A stretch of 64,000 bases of DNA from Oopsacas minuta (lineage: Eukaryota; Animalia; Porifera): positions 10,525 to 74,524 of the forward strand of contig JAKMXF010000030.1 of assembly GCA_024704765.1 (NCBI GenBank), given 5' to 3'. A program made the translations under genes and the position numbers. The notes under the pieces were generated by a model. It was not told the origin of the DNA, searched no databases, and was given only the letters and a program-made list of their open reading frames with translations. Shown here piece by piece: positions 12,479-25,000 of the stretch (position 1 is the stretch's first letter; the number at the start of each line of letters is the position of its first letter).

Positions 12479-12651
12479 GTTTCCATAGCAACCCATAAAG
12501 AATTTCAAATCTATTTCTAATAAAAAGTATATTTTCTCTACAAATACTGAAAATTAACCTATCACCATTTTGACACCTTTTGGAAGTAAAGATATTCTAA
12601 TCGTAATTCCTTAGAAACGACCGATTACATTCCACAGGTTTCCATGGTAAC
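12479..12651. promoter_or_regulatory. Two RFX X-box-like motifs upstream of the PFR-like gene
   Basis: GTTTCCATAGCAAC at 12479-12492 and GTTTCCATGGTAAC at 12638-12651. Confidence 0.5.
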
Positions 12652-12736
12652 GCAAAGGTTTCTTAGATAAAATTCTTTCAATTATTTCACTGAAATAATC
12701 GTTTGGCTTCCAAGGTTATGCTTAGAATATAAATAT

Positions 12737-12855
12737 TAGTGGCATAATAGTGTCGAAATATCTATATTTTAGTGGCATAATAGTGTCGAAATATCTATAT
12801 TTTAGTGGCATAATAGTGTCGAAATATCTATATTTTAGTGGCATAATAGTGTCGA
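12737..12855. repeat. 33-bp tandem repeat, ~3.6 copies
   Basis: Unit TAGTGGCATAATAGTGTCGAAATATCTATATTT. Confidence 0.9.
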
Positions 12856-13327
12856 GTCAGGGGTGTACATCCAGGCGGGGGTATGCTCTATGTAACCCTC
12901 TCCCCTGCATTTTACCTTTTGAGATTTGTCTAACTGATTTTTGCTCTCAAATATTTTGAGTTTCTTGTTTTATTCAAATTACACAATTCTCGAATCTGAG
13001 GTGTCATTTCTTAGCTGTTGTTATTATTGTTTATCTTTTGTCGAGTCAGGAACTTTAATAAATACGATTATGGAATATTCATATTTGTCATATCTAGAAA
13101 GGTGTTAGTTACAAATTCTCCATCCCAACACAAAATCTTATATGATTGTATCTGTCATGGTATTTGCATTGAATCATTGTGACACAATACGAGATCTGCC
13201 ACCTGTACCACTTCGATATATCACACTACTTATTCACATTAACCTATGACTATATTGCTTATCTTTTGACTTATACTATTTGCATGTATATGACACTAAT
13301 TAACACCTTATAGTTCTGGTACTAGCT

Positions 13328-16300
13328 ATGTCCTTATGCTCCCACAAGCTGAGATCACACTCCCCTGATATTTCTGTAAACAAGGAGAACAATTCCTTTA
13401 TTAGATCTAACAGCTTTTCTGCTAAAGACAGGAAGATTGAGAGAAAATTAGCAGGTGTTACAATATTAATATTATGATCATTAGGGTGTGTAGTCTCACA
13501 ATCAATAAATTTACAATCTCATTCAGGTGTTAAAATGTGTATATGCCAGCACTTCGGTAAACCCTCACTTCTGACAGGTGGACACATTTCATACCTCAGA
13601 GATATATAGACTTGTTGTTGATACATTTTCTTTATTTGTTTGTTTGTTTGTTTGTTTGTTTAGAGAAAGAATCAAAAGAGACTTGTTTATGGCTAATTGC
13701 AGCAGGCTTCCCACAGTATGTTCACATGTTTGAAGGTTTGTTAATCATATTTGTTTGTGTTTATTTGTATTTATTTTTTGTATTTTTAGAAGGAAGATTC
13801 CCAATAGAATATACATTATCAGATCTGAGTAAGGACCATGGATTCTTAGACACGTCATCACTTAACTCACTAATCAAGTAAACAGGTTATAATCTATAAT
13901 TGTTTGTTTGTTGTTTGTTTGTTTGTTTGTTTGTTTATTTGTTTATTAGACGCTTAGAAGTATTAAATGAATGTTCTACGCATAACTTACAGTCTAATAA
14001 ACTATTCGTAAGTTTATATTATAAGAATATTATTATTAATATGGAGCCATTACATTTATAGTTCCAGAATATAAATACATATCTCTACAGTTCCTATTGT
14101 AACTGGAACTATACCGTTAACATTCCATCAGTTATAATTAGTGTCTATTAATAGCACATTACTCCTGAGGGAGGACAGCTTAACCCTCTCAGTACAGTAT
14201 GGCAGTATCATGAGAACACTAGAAGTTGGTCACGCAGGGACAACAGTCCAAGGAGTATAGCATACCCTGACAACACTTATGGTAGAAAGGTATTTATTAT
14301 TTAATTCACGTTTATAGCCTATTTTCACAATTTTTTGTTTATTTGTATTTTTAGGCGGGAAGTATGGATTTTCTCTCCCAAACAGCATCAACAGATTGTC
14401 TCAATAACTTATCCCCTGTTCCTCTCGCCCCCTATTCATCAACAAAATCAGTATCTACTTGCAGTTTATCTACAATAGCATATACAGACTCTATCGTACT
14501 TCCAGTTAAGAGCAGGAATACATGTATGTATTGTTTGTAATATGGTTGTGTTTGTTTACTGTTTATGTTATAGCAACACTTGGTAAATCAACAGAGAGAC
14601 GGCCTAGAACTCTGCCACCAAACAATACCACAATTTTGTCACCTAATCTCTCTTACAAGTACCAATCAGATTCCTCTCTTAACACTAACCGATTCAACCA
14701 ATCAAATACCAGTATTACACACAAACTGACACCTAACCAGCTGCCTGATAGACAGGTGTCACAATCGAATGTGCTACAATCAGCTGACGCATCTTATCAT
14801 TCTTGTTTTGATTCTCTTCCTCTCTCTCTTAACACCTCTGAGAGCCTCCCGTTAGTTTATAAGAACATTCCTTTATACCAGATTAATCACTAGCTAATTT
14901 AATAGACATAACAATATAAGAGCTATAATTCAACCTAGCAACGGTATGGGAAGAGAGGAATGTACTCAGAGCCTTGATAACTCTATGGAGATCAGTGACC
15001 AATCCGATTCTATCCTCAGGAGTTCATCAAGTATAACTAAGAGTGTAGATTCTCTTCTCGGACACACACAGGCCAATTTTGATCCTACATTCAATGCCAG
15101 AGAACACGTTACCATGACAACAGAAGGAATGTCATCTCCTTTGCCTGGTAGTCAGACAGTAATGAAACCACTTCCTGTCACTAGGTAATTATTTATTGAA
15201 CAAATATATGCGTATGTGATTACTTGTGTAGGAGAGTGAGAGAATACCGATGGGAGGCTTCCGTAACCAAGGAGATGGAAGGTGCTAGGTAATTAATCAT
15301 ATGATTATTTAATAGTACATATTGTTATTGTTTATTCTGTTGTTTAGTTGTTTACCAATTTATGAGTTATCAGTCAATCAGATGGTTATTCTAAAGAAAT
15401 TATCTCTTCTGAAACTAACAAGTTTGATAGAAGAATATTCCTCTACCTCCAAGGCAAAACTTAGTCTGTCAGTTTATTCATTTGTTTGTTTGTTTGTTTG
15501 TTTATTTGTTTGTTTGTTTATTTGTTCGTTTGTTTGTTTGTTTATTTGTTTGTTTAGAGTATTAACTAATCAGCTGTTTTTTTAGGAGTCAGCTGGTAAA
15601 CGTAAACAAACCTTATAAACAACAACAACAAAACAAATGTAAGCTATACATTCTTAACCCGTTGTCATGGAGATAATATACATTGTGTTTAAATGCTATA
15701 GCAACCAAAACGGTTCATAGGAATTGTATTTCTTCAGCTAATCAGATATTTGGTGTGCCACTTACGCAGGTGTTAGAAATGACAGGACAATGTGTACCAC
15801 AAGTAATTCTATCAGCTATGAAATATATACTAGAGGAAGGTTTGTTATTATTGTTAAAAGGTGTGAAAATAGTCACATTAAATATATATATACCCGAGGT
15901 GCAAACTACACCCCTAATGTACCCATGTACCAATTATCATGACTATTGGACCAACAGATTTCCCAGGATAGCGAACAGGAGGGACGAAGCTCCAACCCTC
16001 TATTTCTTTCTGATTATTTGCATAGTGATTGGTTCGGTATTTAGGTATGTCAGTACACCAATCAGATTGTATGTAGTTTGAATATTGGCGCCTATTTCTG
16101 TTGTCATGTGTGTATATTATACATTCCTTAATTACATAATTATTGGTTATTTCTGTAGCTAACGATTCTGTGGGATTATTCAGGAGATCAGCTGCTAAGT
16201 CAAAACTGGATGCTCTCAAGTCTCTGTGTGAATTTAATAACAGTAAGTTATACATTCTAATAAACAAACAGACAAACAAATAAATAAACAAACAAATATT

Positions 16301-18542
16301 ATCCTATATTTCCAGATAAAATAGATTTCAAAAGGGTAGCACCCTACGAAGCAGCTTCTCTCATTAAGAATTACTTCAGAGAATTACCAGAACCTCTTAT
16401 CACATATGAACTATCACAGATACTACTCGGCATATTTACAAGTTAGTTCGTTGCTAGGTTACAAATTGTATGAATTGGTATGAAATTATTACACCAAAAC
16501 GTGAATAATACTCATTGACCCCATAGGGGGCACATCTATGCCCCATTTTAGTGCCACCAGGACACATTTCTATAATTCATACATCTCTAGGTATTCCATC
16601 TACTGAGCATATAGAGGCTATCCAATGTGTATTATTATTATTACCAGATTGTAACAGAGAAGCATTACACACCTTACTGTATTTCTTACAAGGTGTTACA
16701 GAGTCACAACTAGTTAATAAGGTATAGTTCCTGTTATATACTCATATGATAGGTATAGTTCCAGTTATAGGGAGAATCTAGGGGAGCAAGGACTGCATTG
16801 CCCCTAAAGTTGTTGTCTTCCCTAATAGATTATGTCATTTGTTTGTTTGTTTATTTATTTGTTTACTTTAACAGATGAACGCATATAACCTTGCTGTTTG
16901 TTTCGCGCCTACTCTGTTTGCGTTTTCAAGTCAGGAATGGGCGCCAAACAAAAAAACACGCGTGAAATGTGGTACATACTTCCCAGCCACTTCTGACCTA
17001 ATGAATACTAAGGAAGTAATACAGAGCAAAGTAAGGATAGACCAATAGGATTATTAATTAATACTCATATGATTAATTCACACCTTTCTAGGGTTGTACT
17101 GAGTGCCTCACCTCTCTCATAACAAACAGTCACCTCATATTCATGGTGAGAATATATCATATGATCCTATCGCCCCTTAAGTCACACCTGTCCTCCCTTA
17201 TAGGTACCAGTAGACCTCATGAAGAGGTGTGAATCAGCTGATAACATGTATCCCTATATCTTGCCTCCTGTTCCTGTGAAGAAGGACCCTCCAATTGAGA
17301 CTGTTCCCTTCTCAAACAGACTCCATTCTGAGTACAAATCTTTGATTACTAATAAAGTACAGCTGATGCTTATGGTAATTATTTAACCATATAACATTCC
17401 TGATTCTATATTTGGTTGCTAGGACCGAATGCACTGAGTACACACTCTAATCTGATAGGTCAAAATATTTTGCAGAGAGTTAGATATATCATAGCCGATA
17501 TGCATACAAAATCAAAGTAGTTGTTATTATTGTTGTTATTGTTGTTGTTAGGACTCTAGCAGTAAGAGAAGTGGTTGGAAATTATACAAGAATGGAGATG
17601 GCATAGAAGTGGCATACAGGTCGACACATGACACTCTAATTCCTCTCTGGAGAGCTGTCACTACTGTTCACACCTCGCAGGAATGTTTGCTAAAGAGAAT
17701 TCTAGAAGAGAGGTAAGAATTGTTAATTCAATTAGTGCTGTGTGTTACTGAGTGTAATTATGTGTGTGTATAGGAATATGTGGCATGAGGACATAGCAAG
17801 ATGGCAGGTTATCCCTCTTGACCATCAGACAGAGGTGTTTAGGTATGCTACACATTCCATGTACGGGCCGCATCCTCCCAGAGAGTACTGTGTAATCAGG
17901 TGAGAGATTTGATTGTTTGTTTGTTTGTTGTTATTTACGAATATTCACACCCTCATAATCCCCTCTATAGGAGCTGGCATCTTGACACCTGTAGTGGCTC
18001 AGTTGTCCTTCACTCGATGTCTATTAAAGAGAAGAAGAGACAGAGTTGGTCTGAGCTTACGAGCATTAAGGCCGATTTGTTAAATGAAACTTTTATTATT
18101 CAAAAAATATCTCAAATGGAATGTAAATTGGTTTTATTCTCTCAGATCGACACAAGGTTTGTATGCCACTTTTCACACCTTTATAATTTGATATTTCCAA
18201 TACAATAGACACCACTTAATAGTGTCACATCGGTACCAGGCAATTTCGAGGTGTCGCTGTGAATAACAGGTGGCTGTGTTAAGTGGTGTCTACTGATTAT
18301 CTTATATCACACAAATTCACAGAGTGATCATATTTTCACACCTTTGGGGATAAACTTATCAACATTTCCTGCTTAATAACAGTTTATATACTTGTGTATT
18401 ATTGTTGTTGTTATTGTTGTTTAGAGGAAGGTGTCCAGATTTCTATCTTCACTACGGTCCTTACATCATAAACAGTGTACAGCTGTTAAGGAATTCATTC
18501 TCTCATAGAATTCATAGAAATTGTATAGAAACTCAGGTGTAA
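13328..18542 (+). CDS. STARD13: DLC1/STARD13-family SAM-RhoGAP-START protein, multi-exon
   Basis: SAM (CLWLIAAGFPQYVHMFE...DHGFLD), RhoGAP (FGVPL, GLFRRSA, YFRELPEPL, MNAYNLAVCFAPTLF) and START exons. Ends in the class I PDZ-binding motif ETQV*. Confidence 0.9.
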
Positions 18543-19469
18543 TATATTATAGTCAGCTGATTTGTAAATTTATTGTTCTTATCTTTAAAATTCGTTCAAT
18601 ATGGAACTAAAACTATTAGGGTACTGGTAGTTGAAAACCCACCGCTCCCATCACACGGATGTCTTGAAATACCCGCTTATAACGAGGTGTGATATGTATA
18701 AACATGGTCCCAATAGTATCATATTTATCATTGGTTATATGGAATTAATTATCAGCTTCGATTCAATAGGAATTGACTGTACTCAGCTAATTGATGTATT
18801 AGTTCCAGTAATTATCACTTATAAGAAGCAATATATGATAACAGTTCTCCAGAGGATGGTTCTTTATTTACGATACCCACTGAAAATAGGACAATGGAGA
18901 TTACTATCAGGAAGGGGGACACAAAGTGTCAGGCCTCATATTCTCATATCAAATTTGAGTTTATTCATTTTAACATTTCTATGAATACACCAAATTACCC
19001 CTTGACACGTCACAAAATAATGAGAGAACCGCCCGCCTGCCAACTGCTTCAGTGGATCTGGAACAAGTTTATCATTAACACTATCCTTAGTTCCATTTAT
19101 TAACACCTAATAATTCGATTAATCGAGACAATTCATAGAGTTAATAATATTACAAAACTGAGCTAAAAATAATAAATATTAATTACAGATAATCTAATTA
19201 TGAAATTTGATATTTGTTATTTGCAAATTATACGAAATAAGTTTACTGAAAAAGAACTTTCAACCACATTCCTTACAATATCCTAGCAACGAGACATAAT
19301 AACATACACCTGCATAACCTCGTGTTTATTCTAACAAGAAATATACTCACATCATCTGATTATTGTTGTTTGTTTACTTGTTACAAACAAATCATATTAC
19401 AGCTATAAATACACAAGATTATCCCTAGCAACCAATTCATAGCCAACTATTCCAAAATTCATCATCAAA

Positions 19470-20680
19470 ATGGCAGAAAGATACCCAATCACCTCACAGG
19501 GCGTAGACCCCATAGAGACACACATTAACTACACTATCGATGGTCTCATAGGGCTACTGAATGTCCGTAGAGTTCAGTTGTTAGAGCTAGCCAGCAATAT
19601 TCGCGAAGAGAAGAGAGCCTCAGAGATCGCTCGGCAAGAAGCTATCGCCCAACTGAACGAGGCTCAGGAACACCTCCAAGGAGACTTAAGAGAGAACATC
19701 CTCCAGTCCATGCAGGAGAGAATTGTCCGAGAAATGGAGGACAGATCACGAAATCTCCAAAATAACATTCCCGTAGAGACCCGATTAAAGTGGCAGTGCG
19801 ACACACGTGACCTAGAAACGTGTATTTCCCGTCTAGGAGAGATCGTACAAGTACCAGTAGGAGCACCAGATTATGCTAAATTCCAAACTTTCACTGTTGC
19901 TACTGGGAGGCAAGGTAGAGGTTCTGGCGAGTTGCTTGATGCATTAGGTGTAGCTATACATGAAGATACACACCAAATATTTATAGCTAATAGTTACAAT
20001 GAGAGAGTAGAGATATTCTCTGATACAGGAAAGTACCTCAATCAGCTGGATGATCTATACGGTATAGCTATATACGGAGGAATGTGTATGTCAGCTGCCG
20101 GGGAGATAGCACTGTAAACCAATTCACACTAACTGACATGAGTCTTGTTAGGAAGATAGGAGGTAGGGGATCAAACAACGGACAATTCACCTATCCTTGT
20201 CAACTAACAACAGATCCCATCGGTCACGTGTTTATAGCAGATAGCGGTAACGACAGAATCAGCGTACACGACACAGACCTGAACCATCTCCGTAACATTA
20301 CTCATCAGTCAATGAGAGAACCATATGATGTTAAAGTGTCACGTGACCGCGTGTACGTACTGTGTCCATGTAACAACCCGTGTATGCTCGTGCTAACCCT
20401 AAAGGGAGACAAGCTACACTCCTTCATTACTTGTGGACCAGGATTGGATGTGTTATGCCCTTTCTTCTTCTGTCTAGATCCACTTAACAACTTTGTTATT
20501 AGCGATAGAGACTCCCATTCAATCAGGGTATTCTCTCCAGAAGGCAATCTCCTACACACGATAGGAACTGAGGGACACCGCGGAATGTTATATGAACCCC
20601 AAAGAATCGCTATAACTCCAAACGGGAGATTAGTTTGTGTGACAGGGAATGAGGGCTTCGGTCTACAAATATATTACTAA
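19470..20680 (+). pseudogene. Coiled-coil + NHL-repeat protein with a -1 frameshift at ~20082 (pseudogene or assembly indel)
   Basis: ORFs 19470-20117 and 20084-20680 carry consecutive NHL repeats (GVAIHEDTHQIFIAN, IGHVFIAD..NDRI, FVISDRDSHSIRVFSPEG) in different frames, with no intron signals at the junction. Confidence 0.75.
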
Positions 20681-21080
20681 TTTGTTTGTTTGTTTGTTTG
20701 TTTAGATTAATCATATTCACACCTATTAAAATTAGTTCCAATTATCTCTTTGTAGCAGTGAGCCTCAAATATACACATAGTTCTAGTTTATCTATACCAT
20801 TATTGCCCTATTAACCAGAACTATGTTTGGTTCTGGTTTCCCCAGTGTCATAATTGCTTGTTATTTGTTTGTTTGTTATTCATTTTCCGTTATATAATCG
20901 TAATTATATCAAAGCTAATTAGATTAGTAAAGAATCTTTCTTTAGTATTCTAAGACTTTATTATTAAACAAATAAACCAAAAAGTGTTTGTTTATTCTAT
21001 TCAAAATAACAATAACAAACACTTTCATTATTCTACACACTACATTCATTAGTAATACATTCTTTTGTTGAATACATGGG

Positions 21081-21507
21081 ATATATGCATATAGTGGGTA
21101 TATATGCATATAGTGGGTGTATATGCATATAGTGGGTGTATATGCATATAGTGGGTATATATGCATATAGTGGGTAATATGCATATAGTGGGTGTATATG
21201 CATATGGCATATTATATGCATATAGTGGGTGTATATGCATATAGTGGGTATATATGCATATAGTGGGTATATATGCATATAGTGGGTGTATATGCATATA
21301 GTGGGTATATATGCATATAGTGGGTATATATGCATATAGTGGGTGTATATGCATATAGTGGGTGTATATGCATATAGTGGGTATGTATGCATATAGTGGG
21401 TGTATATGCATATAGTGGGTATATATGCATATAGTGGGTATATATGCATATAGTGGGTATATATGCATATAGTGGGTATATATGCATATGGTGGGTATAT
21501 ATGCATA
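21081..21507. repeat. 19-bp minisatellite, ~22 copies
   Basis: Unit ATATGCATATAGTGGGT(A/G)T, with a palindromic ATATGCATAT core. Confidence 0.95.
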
Positions 21508-21633
21508 ATGTGTCACAACCCATAAAAGTATTTGTGTTTGTATTATCATTTATGGATTGAATTCTATAAAAGTGTATTTTAGATATTTATGTGATTCTGG
21601 GATTATTCGTATTTAAGTGATTAAAATGGCTAA

Positions 21634-21691
21634 ATTGTGTCCTATTGTGTCCTATTGTGTCCTATTGTGTCCTATTGTGTCCTATTGTGTC
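21634..21691. repeat. 10-bp tandem repeat, ~5.8 copies
   Basis: Unit ATTGTGTCCT. Confidence 0.9.
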
Positions 21692-22069
21692 ACATAACTG
21701 CTCTCATATTCCTGTTGTTTATCACATCTATCAAATAGGTGACAATATTTAACCATACGAGCCTTTGGCTCGTCGCTTCGCGATTGAAAGTATGATTCTA
21801 CCTCTATTTTGAAATTTGTTTACTTTATATTCATAAAAACAACAATGAATTTACATATGATTAATCCAAAAGTGTGAAATAGGATTCAGCATGTTTGATA
21901 TTTTTAGTGAAGTTTTATTGAATTCTATTTACTTTCTTGATAAACACGATAAGTACATACCTTAAATCCTTTCCTTGACAACAGATAAACAAACAAACAA
22001 ACAAACAAACAACAATTGAGCTTTAATAATTTTGATTTCAGTTTGCTATCAGCTGATTCTATTATACAG

Positions 22070-25000
22070 ACTGGAGGGTAATTGCGGGAATTCTATCGGC
22101 TCCCAGAGTCCCCGAGACCGTGAGAGGTATCCTAGTTCTACTTCTGTCCAATCAAATGATTCTTGGCTGGATCCCGCCTTTCCTAGAAAATCAGCTAATC
22201 AGATTGATGACTTGCGTAAACAACAGCTGGCTATTGAGTACCTGTCAAGGTTTATATTATTATTATTATTATTTGTTGTTTGTTGTTTATTATTATTGTT
22301 TACAGATTAGAAGAAGCTCGCGTCTGGCTGTCTCAATGCTTAGAAGAAGAAATGCCCGAACTAACGGACCTGGAACTATCACTAACTAATGGTGTCACTT
22401 TAGCTAAAATAGCACATTTCATATATCCAGATACTTTCCCTCTGTCTCGCATATTTGACCTATCTCTCGATAGATACCGTGAGAAGCGATTGGAATTCAG
22501 ACATACAGATAATATCAATTATTGGGTACAATGCATGGAGAAACTTGGCTTACCGAAACTATTCTATCCGACCACGACAGACCTGTATGATATGAAGAAC
22601 ATGCCAAGGGTAGTATACTGTATCCATGCACTGAGTATTTATCTAGCTAAGCTAGGGAAAGGACCGGTCATGCAGTCTGTTACAGGTTAGTTACCGAAAG
22701 AATTCTGGACGACACATTTGACACCTGATTCATCTTTAGTGTCAGTTCTAATTGAAATGTGTCTACCTATCAGATTTGAGGGTTTGCCCTATTGGTTAAA
22801 TCAGTACTTAACTTGTAATTTGATTGGTTAATATTTTAGAAACTCAATTCACTAAAGAACAGATCGATTATGTTCTGAGAGAGTTTGAGCGGACAGGAAT
22901 AAGAATGCCCGCCTTTTCTAAGATTGCTGGATTATTGAGAGAACAGCTGACTCAAGATCAAGCAGCTGTTCACGCAGCTGAAGTAGCTGTATACGAGGCT
23001 TTGGAACAGAAATCTGAACCAAGGGTGTTAATAGCTCTGGGTAACCCTGCTCTTGGTCTAGAGGACATCATGTACTCACAAAATAACAATTCATACTATA
23101 ACTCCCTACAAGCAGCGAGGGAGATTAAACTACACAACCTGGAGGCCAATGCGGAACCAGAACTGAAACTAGAGGAGCTAGATGCATATGATTATATCCT
23201 GTCCTGTGAGGAGATATGTGATCTGATCAGTGAGACGAACAGACAGCAAGATATACTCTATCGGGCAGAACTTAGGATACAGATTGTCCATAAAATCCAT
23301 AAGGTACTGGCGTTAGATACACCCTCAAAGGAGCAATTGTTATACGAACTGTTAGCCAATCAAGATTCAGGGTTTGTTGATGTAACAGCTGATAATTCCA
23401 TGTGGTATTATGACGTCATCTCGCGTGCAAGGGGTGATAAAGAGTGTGATTTATTTTGGGAGGAAATCAGAGACTTAATTGAGATTGCAAACTCAGTGGC
23501 AATAAACTCTAAAAATACAGAAAATTCTCTGTTAAAAGTTGATAAAGCTTTGAATCAAAACTCACATTCCAGTCTACTGATTGCGTTGCGAAGTGAAGAA
23601 TTGTTTTTAACAGCTGTTGAACCTGGGAATATTGAAAATTATTTTGATATATTGTCAGGATTGAGAGAGAACAAGAGGGAAGTTTCCGGTGATATTAGCC
23701 AAATCCTGAATGAAGTAGATATTCAAGAGGCAGTTAACTCAGCCAATCAAGTGGTGAGCTTAGAGGTGTTACATTCCTTAGCTATACAAAATATAAATAA
23801 CTCACTTCTAAGTGAGGATGTGGATCTAACACTTAGTTATTTGGAAGATGAGAATTCTCGGATAACAGACGTGAATCCAGAGTTTAGCTGTGAATATAAA
23901 TCGTCTCTGTCAGACCATTTTAGGTCAAAGTCTGGGAAGTTTATGACGAAAGATGAAATACAAAAAGTTGTCAATAGTGTAAATATTGAAATTTCTGTGC
24001 TGAATAGACTCAAGGAATTTATCAGGAAGGGTGATGAAGATTTTCACACCTTTCTAGAGATTTTGAAAGAACTTTTCCAGAAAAATTGCGGGATAATTGT
24101 AGAGAATAATCTACCGCACTATTTTGATATTCTCGGGCGAGCATTCAACCAATCAGAATCACGTATTTTGGGTGCCATTGACATTCTAGAAATAGTCTCA
24201 GACGCGAATGAATCAGCTGATTTGTCGCTTGAACTATCCCGCGCCTTAATTGAATTAAACACTTATCTGGAGACAGCATTTGACCCAGCTGATACCCTCC
24301 AACACCTCCTAAATCCTCAACTTAAGTTCCATAACATATCTGATATATGTGCCATACAGTACCATAAGGAACTGACAAGATTGCGTAATAGGAACATTAT
24401 CTCTCCCTCGCAACCAGATCTATGGCTGGAATGTGAATCTATAGATCTATACCCATTCTATTTCAATCAAAGCACAGACAAATACAGCTGGAGACAACCA
24501 ATCAAATCAGAGAGTGGAAATGACGTAATTGACTCATCCTATCTGTCAAATAGAACTGTTCAATCAGTGATCAGCTCTTTGACGTCTATGAATGACAGAC
24601 AGCTGTATTTCAGTCAGAATATTGATTCTATTTTTAGAATACAATCCAATCTCAAAGTGATATTAGGACGCCGGAAGTTCCTGTCTACCCAGGATCACTA
24701 CGGGTCACCCATTCCTGACATAGTTAGGGTATAGTCCGTTGTTAGGTGCAAGTTAGCTATGAAATCTGACCACCTTATTATGACTGCTCTGAATCCACCT
24801 ATTAGTTCCGTTAGAAAATATTTAGTTCTGCTAGAACAGAGTGACAGAGATGTGCAAGAGGAATTAGAACTAACTGAGCTTAAATCGGAACTTGTTACTA
24901 AAATTAGATACAACAAACAGCTGGAAGAAGATCTAGACAGCTGGGACACTAAAATCGGCTTATTGATCCGTAACAGACTTAACGTGATGGATGTTGTGCA

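Noticed and set aside
15917-16045. Possible small membrane-protein ORF inside STARD13 intron 15840-16158
   Set aside because: I could not recognise a family in any frame or establish a supportable gene structure.
20942-21549. His/Tyr-rich ORFs of 80-166 aa
   Set aside because: They are translations of the 19-bp minisatellite.
24732-24734. TAG-to-Gln genetic code reassignment
   Set aside because: TAG is used as a normal stop at conserved C-termini in this window (TAF10, IQGAP, DNPEP).
24723-24745. Micro-intron removing the IQGAP stop
   Set aside because: The available GT..AG pairs give 12 or 23 nt, far below the ~48-52 nt minimum seen here, and the region aligns to an IQ motif without a gap.
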